NCBI RefSeq assembly: GCF_037042905.1
Contig: NC_087247.1
Coordinates: 5,270,001-5,334,000 of the forward strand
DNA length: 64,000 nt
Source of the DNA: Lytechinus pictus
Lineage: Eukaryota
Reading direction: 5' to 3'
In this document: one piece after another, positions 52,601 to 64,000 of the stretch
How positions within the stretch are numbered: the first letter of the stretch is position 1
Layout of the letters: each line of letters opens with the position of its first letter
Program-made: the position numbers and the translations under genes
The notes under the pieces: generated by a model
Told to the model about the DNA's origin: nothing
The model's input: the letters and a program-made list of their open reading frames with translations, nothing else
Database searches by the model: none

Positions 52601-53702
52601 TGCAAATTACCATGATAATGCTCTCCGCTGTCACTGTCGTCTTGGTCTACGCCGTAGCCTACTGCGCCCCCTACAGGAGCATAACCGACACCTGGAGCAG
52701 CTGGAGCGAAACCCACACCTGGAGCATATCCAGGAGCCACTGGAGCATGGGGTGCAGGAGCATATCCTAAATCTGGAGCATAACCTGTCTCTCCACTTGT
52801 GTCACCATGAACTCCTCCCGCTGGGGGATGAGGAGCAAAAGCAGGAGCCGCTGGAGCGTGGGGTGCGGGAGCATATCCTACACCTGGGGCGAAAGCTGTC
52901 TCTCCACTTGTGCCACCATGAACTCCTCCCGCAGGAGGATGAGGAGCATATGCAGGAGCTAATGGAGCATGGGGTGCGGGAGCATATCCTCCAGATGCCG
53001 GGGCATATCCTGCTCCAGGGGATGGAGCGTGCCCATATCCAGTTTCTCCGCTTGTGACACCCTCCGTTGGAGCATGGGGTGCGTAAGGTACAACTGGAGC
53101 ACGAGGGGCGGCGGGTGCATGTGGAGCGGCGGGAACAGGCGGGGCAAATGGTACAGCTGGAGCATGAGGGGCGTAACCTCCCTCTCCATGGCATGGCCCT
53201 GAATGCGCTACTTGTACTCCTCCATTTCCATTTGTGTCATCGTCATCATCATCGACATCGCACGCGTCATTGTAGGTAACACCATTATTGCCGCATACGG
53301 TACCGCTGACTCCTCTTGTACATTTGTTGGAATCTGTCGTGGCGTAAGAGATACGGCTCATTATTTGGATATTAAAGCAAAGGATAAGGATTTTATTTGG
53401 CTGGAAAGTTGAAGAAATATGAAGGCCAATTAATTGTTCAAGCTATTTTCAGTTGAATGAAAGTATAGACTTCATAACTTATTCCATGATTAACGTTAGT
53501 GTGTATCTAATATGTGATATAGCATATGCACTGTATCTATCTTTTTGAGGCCAAAAAACCCCACATGCCTGGCTGTCTTAATGAATCATATATCATGAAG
53601 AATATTGTGCAAATGGAATATTCACTTACGTGGCGCTGCATGTGTAAAACCTGTGAGACACAAGACAGCGAGAAGAACGGTTAGAAACCTGGCGGATTCC
53701 AT
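49666..53702 (-). CDS. Gene D: secreted Ala/Pro-rich acidic protein with a degenerate N-terminal and a canonical C-terminal Kazal domain (~578 aa); complement join(53702..53630,53333..52611,52325..51603,51130..50954,49706..49666)
   Basis: Signal peptide MESARFLTVLLAVLCLTGFTHAAP, then HSNKCTRGVSGTVCGNNGVTYNDAC...VAHSGPC, GYAP/APHAP repeats and an Asp/Glu tract. The Kazal exon reads CADCPFHTPRAQRVCGTNNRTYKSLCHLKLAACRTNDPSLKRAKMGSC. Terminal exon LSPKTINLANQFQ*. All junctions are phase 1 with internal exons of 723, 723 and 177 nt. It resembles the Ala/Pro-rich Kazal-bearing proteins I recall from sea urchin tooth matrix. Confidence 0.88.
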
Positions 53703-54863
53703 TTTAGAGATCTAGGAAATACATGAAATAAGAATATGATGAAGAAAATGACACAATAACACATTCGAACACATCTCTAAGAATCATTCACTTTATAGAT
53801 GAGATAAGAAACTAAACATTAATCACTAACACAAAATATTGTTGCTTTATGATATTTATAAAGCAACTGCTATAATTCTGTATTTTTGTGGTGTAACTAT
53901 ACTTTCCAAACACATTTTGCGCGTGAATGATGGAATATAAGAAACACAGAATGAAATTTATTTTGTGACAAGACAGTACAGAGCGTTTTGTGAGTGATAT
54001 GATGAATGCGTGATGAACTGATAACTGGTCAGAATATTTCACGATTGTTATAATGGTCTATTTATAATCAAACAATATTTGATCGAAAACAATGCATGCT
54101 GTATTTATGGATATAATGTACAGTGATGATTGATTGTTGATCAGTTGATACTATAGTATAGTCAGAAATATTATTTGATTTATTCATCAATAAACTTTCA
54201 AATGAACCGTGCTACAAACATTGTCATGCCATTGTAATGAATATTTGCATTTGCACACATCCAATTACAGTACTCCTAGCAATTCCTTTAACAACAATGA
54301 AAATGCGAAATAGAATAAATAAAGTACTTCATTAAATATTAAATCACCAAGCCTAAATTCTTTCAAATATAAGTTCAGAAAGTTTCTCCAAGATAGCCAT
54401 TGAATTAACTCTTCATCACTCAAACTCTTGTATTTTTTTAAAAATCAAACATGATTGTCATGTGATGTACACTTTTCCATCTCTTTCATTTTCCTGTTGA
54501 TCAGCGATGTCCGTTTGTGAGTACTGGGGCTGGATTCTAAAGACCTTTAATCTATCTTTTTCTTATTTCCTTTTCTATTTTAATTTCCCCCTATTTCTTT
54601 TTAATTTAACTGGTTTATGCTCAAGTTGTTATTTTGATTTGTATATGCTATGTAACTACAAGAATATAGGAGGCTGCACTCTACAAGCTCCGCTTTTTAG
54701 CAGCCTCCTCCATTTCCAACCTGATATGTAATAATCTTGAATATAATTTTTGTACAGGGATACTTGAAATATGTTTTGTTATTTGTATGTCAAAATGTAC
54801 AAAACAAACTGTAATTGTTGAAAATGGAAATAAACGATATGAAATGAAACGAAATATATTTAC

Positions 54864-54957
54864 CTTTTTGCTTCGTATGCAACCCTATTCCAGTGCTATA
54901 TCCTGTGGTGAGCTCTTATTAGCAACTGATGAAACTGGTCCCAAATTCATATTTATA
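54864..54957 (-). promoter_or_regulatory. Candidate TATA box, initiator and non-coding exon 1 of gene D
   Basis: Minus-strand TATAAATA at 54957-54950, ATCAGT at ~54930-54925, donor AAG|GTAAAT at 54864/54863, and acceptor cctAG just upstream of 53711. Confidence 0.65.
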
Positions 54958-56638
54958 CACGTTTTTTTGTCCACCCTTTCCGAAAACAGAATTAGGGTTA
55001 CTTGAAGAAATATGCTCTAATCCTTCAGTAATCCTCTACAATCAATCTTCAACAAATTAAGGATGAAATATATGGCGATGTGGCGATGCCCATCGCAGCC
55101 AGCAATTAGCGGAACCTCACGTTTTCCTGTTACTTAGTGAAACAGTAACCGGACAACAGGAAGCAATACGGCTATTAAGTAGAATTGTTTATCTTTGTGT
55201 TCGGTTATTTTATCGGTTGTAATCAATATTTCTGTTATTATCAATTCATCGTTTAGAACTGTCGAGTAGAGACCATGCTCTGACTGCGCCCCCTTCATTT
55301 AAACACTCACCATTTGAATTAAACACTATTATATTGGATTAATCTAAATCCCGTTATTTGATTTCTGTTTATCTGTTTACTTTTAACGAACGACTTTGTT
55401 ATCAAGATCTGGGTAACCCTTCTTTTAGAAGGAACTGCTTTTTAAAGACGTATATGAACAAGATAAACTAAACTAGCCAGAGTCAATTGTGAAAGTAAAG
55501 AAAAGGACAACGGCTCCCGATGTCTAGCGAATAAAGAGGGGAAAAGGCATGTAATAAAAAAAGAAGAAAGAAATACGGTCACGGGTGGATCTTACTCCAA
55601 ACACTGGAAACCTGACTGAAATGCATTGGGTAGGATATCGGTGATGCTTTGGTGTTTAAAACATTCTTTTTTAACTTGGAAAAAATTTACTCGGTCGATG
55701 AAAGAATCGATGTCGTTACAATTTTTACACTGTTGTTCAGTTTTCAGTACTTAAAACTATATCTCGTTGATATTTTGTTTTCAAAAAAAAAAAACGCGTT
55801 TAAACACTTTTATAACCTATCGTTAGTTTTGGAACACATCTCCAAAAGTGCATGTTACTATTCCATTTCATTAATGCATGTGCTCTAAAACGGTTTTAGT
55901 CTTCGCACTCGAATCTATTGTTTAGTTATATAGCTATCCTGTTCACGATTACAAAAATTGATTAAAATGTTCAATTTTTATGTAGAAATATCAAAAATTT
56001 TCAGCTCGCGCTTTGGGCTCGAATTATTATTAAAAGAAAGATCCCCAATTACTCATCATTTTTTTGTATTTACAAAACATGAATAGAATGTCTTGTTTTT
56101 AGGTCTAAGTCTCGAAATTTTCCGCTCGCGCTGCGCGCTTGCATCAATTGTTTAAACTTGTTTGGTGGGTTAGATGGGCTTTATATGGTTGGTTGGGCTT
56201 GTTCTGGTAGACTACAATTGCACAAATTTTCATAATTTGCATTTGATTTGTAATTATAATTGATGTGTAGTTGTGTTAATGCATTTGATGCGTATTGATT
56301 CGTACCGTCATTTTTTATGATATACATGACGGAACTTCAAAATGAAGTTGTTTTGTTTGGTTGGATGGGCTTGCATTGGTTGGATGTTTGGGCTTGTTAT
56401 GATTGGTTGATTGGTTATGATCATAGGGATCCACGCTCTATAAGCAGATCATTTAGAAAGATCCCCTTATTTTCAACCAAGCTGATAATACTATTGTACA
56501 AATATTGAAATTTTGTCCGTAGTTAATTACAATTGATATGTATTGTCATTGTTTATGCATCATATGATGTATATTTGATTTATGTTTGTATGTGGTAATG
56601 ATGTACAAGGTAAACTAGTTAGATTGGCTTTACATGGT

Positions 56639-57878
56639 CAGTGTAGTAAAATCACGCGAAATCGTCATTACGCAAACATGTCATAAAATGAGGTCACCAC
56701 AGTGAATCGATAACAGCGAGATCGCTGCACATTGCCAACGGTTCACAGAGATTTGCACGCAAACCCTATGAGAAACAAGCGAGAGCGAACGATTCCACGA
56801 GCTCTTCCCCCTTCTTTCCCTTCCCGGCGATTTGTCCCAAAACAAAAGGATTTCCGCAAACTACGATACTTTGTTTTTCAACTTTATTAGCATCCGATCT
56901 ATCCATGCCGATTAGATTTTTACCGTGCCATTTTGTTATGAAATTAGCAAAATAACATGTACATCAGTTTTGCAAAGCTGATTAAAACGACTGGTAGGCG
57001 TTTATGACAGCTGTCATTCACGAAAACTTTTGTATCCGATATGTGAACTTTCATTCTACACCGGCGTAGTGTACTGGTATGCACACAACGCCGTACTACT
57101 ACAGTGATATTGAAGGTTATTTGCGTTAGTATCAATATTCAGAGGTGATAGCAACGGGAGCATAAGATTGACACGTACAATAAAAACCAGTAAAAACTAT
57201 ATAAAAATGATGAGTCCTTGATGCAGTTCACTGACACAGTGAAGGAGTTATCAGGATCATCAATTACAAACCAGATGAACATGATGAAATTATAAAACTT
57301 ACATGACTTGTCCAAAATCACATGAATCATAATATCCCTTATTTTTCCTTTGGCTTTATAATGATTGTTAAGTGCAGAAAAGGGGGAAACGGTGACTATT
57401 TTAACTGGTATACTGGCTGGTTGGTCCCGTAGTCAGTTAGCATGCATGTTTTGTAGGCCTACATTCACAATGATCACGATGGTCAGAGAACTATTTCCCT
57501 CATTCCTCTCAATTCTCTCTTATCATGCTTATCATTACATGTATCATGTGTATACCAGTGAGATGGGGTTTGGTGTGTGCATGGAGCTACTAACATGGTG
57601 GGTGCATGCAAGGGAAGATACCTGAGGTACAGGCCTTAGTTTGTGTGTAAGTTCATTGAGCATGCTGGGTCGGCTCTTCGGTCAAGAGCGCGGGTGCTGT
57701 GTGCATCATCGCGCGGTACAAGCTTCTGTGTCAAATACGCGCGAAACGACTAATAACAGGCTACAAAAATCACTCGACCATGCTGCCGCTATGCGAATTC
57801 GGTGTGCGGAGATTACGTAACTTTCACCGAAATTAACGCTACACCGTAATGACGATTTCGCGTTATTTTACTACACTG
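56639..57878. mobile_element. Non-autonomous DNA transposon with ~33-bp TIRs and 5-bp TSD
   Basis: cagtgtagtaaaatcacgcgaaatcgtcattac...gtaatgacgatttcgcgttattttactacactg, flanked by ATGGT on both sides. Confidence 0.88.
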
Positions 57879-59267
57879 ATGGTTGGTTGGCTGGGCTTGT
57901 TCTTGTTGACTAGTTGGGCTTGTTATGGTTGGTTAGTTGGGCTTGATATGGTTGATAGGTTGGTTAGATGGGCTTGTTTTGGCTGGTAGGATGGGCTTAT
58001 TTTGGTGTTTGGCCTGATTACTGAGTATTTTTTCTGATATCGGTAAAATTTCAACACCAGGGGGAGGCACTGTATACTAATTATGTCAAGAAAATCGGGA
58101 CAGGGGAACCCAACTTTCCAAAGTCTCCTGGTATGGAAGTCCGGCTGGATGTCTTCCGGCAGGTTCCCCTTCCAAGAATTCACGTTCTGGTCTCGAAGCC
58201 TCTCCCCCAATTTTATTTCACACATGAGATAATCTTGTATTGAATAGATGATAAATGTAAAGAGGGGAATCCGCACCCCAGGAAATACCTGTCCTTGGAT
58301 CCCGTTGGATCTCTCCCTTCTGGGAGGTCACGTGACCCGGTTTCCCCCTTAAAATCTGTTTGATTGTGGCTTGATGAATATTGTTTAGAAACTGTGTAAT
58401 TGCTAACAAATTGTAAATGTCGTTTTAACTCTTTAAATGCCATTGGCAGCTACATGTATGCGTGCCCTTAGCCCTCAAATGCCATTGGCACGTATACGTC
58501 CCCAAATAACTCTTTTTTTTTAAAACCAATTTTACAGCCAGAAAATCAACACCATATTCTCTGTTTTTTATGTTGTTATACTAGCAAGGAATTCACGATT
58601 CATTTGATCATATAAAAAATAGTGGTTTACATAGACATTGTTTGAGTAAAATTGTATTTTTGCATCATTATTTTGAAGAGTTGATTTCGGATATTGCCGC
58701 GATCTGAATCAAGATTTCCCCTATAGACACGTGTGATATAACGGTTGTGTGTAGCAATACACGTACTTCTATAGGCAGAGCAAAGGCGAATGTGCGAAGA
58801 CATTCAGCTCGGAATTGACCAATGACCGAGCGGTACGATGTTCCCCACCCAACACGACTCGCCCATTCGCTATTGTTACATGAATATTCATGAGCTATCG
58901 ATCAGGTCTTTTGCAGGCCGGTATGGTAGTATTCTTGTGTCAAGGCTTTTTTCTGCCTGCAAATGTGCACGGTTTGGGGGAGATTTTATTATTTTTTTTT
59001 TTTTTTTTGGGGGGGGAGGCAAAGGTCTTATACATTGTTTTTAGCATTCTCACAAAATTTTTCTCGTTATAAATACACGAGTAAAGAAGCCTGTCATTTC
59101 CAACTTTCGTCTGCGCACTGCAATCATCACACTCATTATTTATTTATTCATTTATTATTGTTATTAATATTATCATTATTAGTATTACTATTATCATAAT
59201 CATTATTATCATTATTGTTATTATAATTATCATTATCATTATTCTTCTCCTTCACATTCTTCTTAGT

Positions 59268-59640
59268 ATTAAAGGGATGGTCCGGGCTGAAAGTATTTAT
59301 AGTTTTATAAATAGAGCAGAATTCACTGAGCAAAAAACCGAAAATTTCATCAAAATCGGATAACAAATAACAAAGTTATTGAATTTTATAATTTAGCAAT
59401 ATTTTATGAAAACAGTTGTCATGAATATTCATTAGGTGGGCTGATGATGTCACATCTCCACTTGTTCCTCTGTATTTTATTATATGAAATTAGGTTTATT
59501 CATTTTTTTTCCACCAAGCACTAGAAAAATTGAATTGACAACTGATTTAATGCATTAAATACTTTTTTGCTGCAACTTATTTCATTGTAAGGGAGACATA
59601 TTATTCACACAAGTATGAAATAATGAAAAAATTATGATTT
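59268..59640. mobile_element. Left part of a TTAA-flanked Kolobok-like element
   Basis: TTAA-agggatggtccgggctg start. Homologous (inverted) to 1-389. Confidence 0.6.
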
Positions 59641-59644
59641 TATG

Positions 59645-60215
59645 TTGCCAGCAAAAAGATGATGGGTAAATTCCCCTACACGCTGAGCTCATATGTCAAA
59701 TCTGATAGCATGTACTACTAAATGAAAAAAAATGAATCAAGCAAATTTGATAACAACACCAAATTACGTACCAAGTTTGGTGGAAAAAATAAACATCAAA
59801 TTTGCATCGGTTACGGAAAGAAACCTAAATATTATTTTGATCATCAACAAAATATATGTTGTCAATGAGACAAGGGTGAATTAAAAAATATGATGGGTGT
59901 AAGGAAGATAAAAAAAGAGAAAAATGTGAGTGAGCGAATCGAGCGAGTAAACGCACTTTCCATGATCTTTTATTTACAAAATTCTGTGAATGTCATGCAT
60001 TTTCCGTAATGCGTTTTTTTTTTCATTCTTCCTCATTTGTTTTATTAGATAGAAATAATTTATATCAATCAATGTATAATTTCTTCCGATGATCCGCTTT
60101 ATTTTGGTTCTCCCTTTTTGCCAGCAAAAAGATAATGGGTATATTCCCCTACACGCTGAGCTCATATGCCAAATCTGGTAGCATAAACTGGATTACTACT
60201 AAATGAAAAAAATAA
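59645..60215 (+). repeat. Local direct repeat of ~90 bp (59645-59735 and 60119-60215)
   Basis: tgccagcaaaaagatRatgggtaWattcccctacacgctgagctcatatg occurs twice. Confidence 0.8.
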
Positions 60216-63200
60216 AATAAATGAATCTAATTTGATAATTGGAAATGTGAAATGTACTAACATATCGAGTATGTTAATTGTGCATAAGTCCTACCGCATG
60301 AATAAAATATTGACAATGCACGGTATAAAGAAATTTAGTGGTGTCACTTATATATCATTTGAACAGCAAATAATGTTCATTTCATTTTTTATTTCAGGGA
60401 AGGGGAAGTTAAATTAATCCTTACTAGATTTATATTTTTAATGACGGGGTAATTATAAATATCACAAATAAAGAGGTGTAGAAAATATAATTTCTTATAT
60501 TGTCGAAAGCAATATCTTTAATCCATTACAAACATATTATTTGAATAAACAATCTTAAGATTCAACAAATTATAAAGATCTAAATTTCTACAAATTGTTA
60601 GTAATTTCTTCCTTCACACCCCATTGCTTCGTTATTTCTGTTTCCTCTTTTTATCTTTCAATTTCCTCTATTTTTGATTTGTCAAGGATTATATAGCCTA
60701 TACATTTCTTCAATCTTAAATCTCATCTTTATACTTTATTTCTAATTATGCAAAATAGGCTTCAGCTACAAGTAAATTTAATTATTTTAAACTATTTGTT
60801 TTTCTTTATGCTTTTGATAAGTGGAAGTAACGATGCCAGTGTTTGTGCTGGTGGTCGTGGCGGCGGAGGTGTGCTGTTTCCCCCGTGATTTCTTGTTATC
60901 ATTCTCGACATTATCCATGCCATCTTTACCATCATCCCTATCATCATTATCATCATCATCATCATTTAGATTACAGGAAATTTGACGCATAAATATCGAT
61001 GCTAAATGTCTTAAAGTCGAAACAAATATTTGAATAAAAATTATGTATTTTAATGGCAATAAGTCAATGGAAGGTGTTGGGGAAAGAGACAGAGGAATTA
61101 TAATCTTGATCTCAACGGAGAGAAAAGTTATTGTTCGTATCGGAACCTTTGAAAGTATTCAATTGTCAAATCAAAAGACGCGCGCGTGGCCGGATTTCTA
61201 TGAACATCCTGTGCTAAATTGCTCTCCTCGATAATAGGTCAGGAGGGAGCGCGGATTAGACATTCCTCATGAAAGAGAATCTGGGCATCTATTGTTCATG
61301 ACTTGGTGGCATGAACAATAAAATGTAGTCGCTATCAGACAGGTGGCTACTTTGGTCGAAGATTATTCTTTTTAATACCGAAGCAGATATAATGAATATT
61401 TCACCCCCATCATGAAATGTCCACAGAATGAATTTTACCTGTTATGTTTATCGTTCTTTCACTGTTCAGCTACAATTTTATATCAAATAAAGATCCCATT
61501 GGGCTTCCTGGCATGTCGATGAAGACCGTTGCCTTTTTTTTCAAACCGCTTGCTTTATGTATGCTCGCTCACGGAATGAATAAAGCCTAAAGTTTGAAAA
61601 TAATCAATTATTCAAAGACAAAATATGCAATGAGGCCCTTTTCTTGTCTAAAATTGTCATTATATTTTCATATTTATATTGCATTATATTTTCCACACGA
61701 AAAAGAATATCCGGCATCTATTGTCCATTCCTTAGCATTTACGAGATGCATAGTTGGCCCAGATTAATATATTTTCATAGATGCGGCTACAAAGATCAGA
61801 TATGATCATATTTCAAAATATTTTTTTCCAGAGATCTTTATCTCCCTCTCTCTATACAAATCATCTTTATTTCATAACAAAATAGAGAAGTTACAATTTA
61901 GCCAGGTCCTTTGCCGGAAATAGTGGGGCAAAGTCCCCTTCATTTTTTCTTAGTTTTGTGTACTTTGCCAAGAACGCCCATATCATTTGTGGGATTTTAC
62001 ACCCCAAACCTGTTAGTATTGAAACTGTCCGATCCCTCTTTATCTATATTTCAATATATCATCTTTAGTTTAGTATATTTTGTCTCCTTGTGACTGGCAA
62101 TAACTTTGTTACAGTACGAAGCCCGTATAGTATGTACGACGAATAGACCCTGACAAAATATGACCAAACTTTACACTGATTTATGCTTTAGAACGATAGT
62201 TGAGTGGGTCGCAAAATATGTTTGTTGCCGACACTGGATATAAATCGCCTACATTATCCAAAACAGTATATAGTTGAGTGCATCGCACACCACATATCGT
62301 ATACAGGTTACGATTTTTCTAAAACATGTTTTGCATTACGACAATATTGACAAGAATTTAAATGACATAAAATTTACTCTGCACTAATAATTTTTCCCCC
62401 ATAGCGGTTGTTGCGGAATACCGCGCATTCTGAAAAATTACAGGGTCTTGTTTTGAAGACTACACGAATGTAAGGGTACGGTTGGCTGCACAGTGAAGAT
62501 ACATGGCTCTAATATATTATTGTGTGTGTTTGCGTGGGGATCGCAGCTGTGCTGTGATTGGTCACTTGATCGACGACAATGCCTTTTTTTGGAAAAGGTC
62601 GGTTTCAATTGCGTGTGTATAAACCATCTCGTATTTCAGAGGAAATAACTTGAATAGCAAAATAGTATTTCATTCAAAAGAGCATTATTTTTCATATTTT
62701 TGTTTGTTCAATTTCATCAATAGATACGTCATTTGAAAGGGTAAATATTGAACTTTCATTTTATCTTCTTAATTTCTTGGTATATCTGCAATTACTCAGG
62801 TTATTTACTCTTTGAAATGTTCATGAAATCATAATTTTCTAGGTTTTACTTATTGAAAAAAAAACGATGTAAAATAGTTCATCTTTTCTTAATTTTTCCA
62901 ATTGCAAATATGAAAGGTCATAACATGATCATAAAGTCCATGAACCATGCATCATTTCATGTGTAGAAGGTTTCATTATACAACGTACGGGTAAAGAGTT
63001 ATGGCCGTTTTAAAATCAGTCTCTGCTTACGTTTCGGTCAATTTAGGATTCCCTCGAATATCCCTGGCACTACAGGGGTATTGGGCCTGGCATAGTAAGA
63101 GTTAATGAAATTATGGAAATACAAGCATTGTTTCGAGGGAACATAACTTTTTTTTACTTCTTGACCATTTTTGTGATTAAGGTATCAAATAAAAAAGCAG

Positions 63201-64000
63201 ATATTGAACTTTTTAGGCATGTGGTTTTATTTTTGAAATTCAGATACCCCCGCCAAATGAGTTTTTGGCATCCTTTCTTAAAATTGTTTTTGCTCACTGA
63301 TGCGTGAATGAGGAATAATCTAAGTAATTTCAGATGAAAGAGGAGATTCTAAGCTGTGCATTGGTAGATCATTTGTCTATTGTATTTATTATTAAGTTAT
63401 GGTAAATCATCGCTAAATCTCGGTTTCGTTTTTTGTGGGACGCACTGTATAGTGTCGATTTATAAACAGATGCAAAACTAAGGCGGTGTAAAGGAGAGGT
63501 TCGTTTGTGTTCGTGTGCCGGGTGCTATTGCATTTCCCCTTTTTCATTTATTTACTTCTTTAGTTTGATTTGATTTTTTGGAGATGGGATCTTCAACCCT
63601 TTTTGAGTGCCATAGGTAATAATGACAAAAAGTAAACATTGAAAGGTTGGAAAAAATTGCTGTGGTCAAATTTACAAAGCTAAAACTGGCAAAAAATAAT
63701 AAAGAGATATAAAAAAAAGTTCAACAAAGGGAAGGGCTAATACATAGCAGTACTAAAAACGCTTAACTTCCTCGCTTGTGTACTAATGGGCCGAAAATTG
63801 TGAACCATTTTTACACACAGGGCCCGTCCTCTAATTAGAAGTAGCATTAGTCTTGATACCCGCTAGCCCTATAAGGACCGCTAGTCCTTAATCGGAGAAA
63901 GAGTTGGTTCTCATATTAGGGTCATTATTCATAAGGCTCGTTAGTCATAGTCAACGAATTGTTTCTATTTATAATACCAGAGGAGGGTCGCTCATCACAA

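Noticed and set aside
51603-53333. Two consecutive exons of gene D both 723 nt long
   Set aside because: They are not colinear duplicates. Regarded as coincidence.
51444-53412. Plus-strand and off-frame ORFs over gene D, including the track start MSRISY at 53361
   Set aside because: Shadow ORFs. The ATG at 53361 lies in the intron. The acceptor at 53401 is out of phase and gives an immediate stop, so 53333 was chosen.
60787-61059. Minus-strand ORF with an Asp run (NDDDDDNDDRDDGKDG)
   Set aside because: No acceptor ahead of the acidic stretch and no signal exon found. Consistent with a decayed (GAT)n microsatellite.

Overview
AT-rich, intron-containing animal DNA, most likely sea urchin. The taxon is inferred from the protein repertoire and repeat families, not proven. 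The ORF track misses almost every real gene because the genes are spliced. Reading GT-AG junctions by hand gives a cluster of secreted, highly acidic low-complexity proteins. Each has a short signal-peptide exon ending Ala-Ala-Pro and only phase-1 coding introns, and at least three also have a TATA box and a non-coding first exon. Gene A (+, 1069-2736) is a phosphodontin-like E(I/V)SSGE-repeat protein. Gene B (+, 28975-36391) is a polyprotein in which tandem 60-nt exons each encode a furin site (RKRR) plus an acidic peptide DEGDLEDDSSPEDDGD. Gene C (+, 44039-47654) is a Gly/Asp/Cys and Ser-Asp-rich protein with a C-terminal Kazal domain. Gene D (-, 53702-49666) is an Ala/Pro-rich acidic protein with a degenerate Asp-filled Kazal domain and a canonical one. 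An orphan or pseudogenised Asp/Cys-rich exon lies at about 17.8-18.4 kb. Two secreted Ly6/uPAR three-finger genes sit inside a 7-8 kb duplication. The cluster looks like an echinoderm biomineral (tooth/skeleton) matrix gene cluster, organisationally analogous to the vertebrate SCPP cluster. The rest is introns and intergenic DNA rich in non-autonomous DNA transposons, a Helitron/Helentron-like element, a SINE, a LINE relic and microsatellites.
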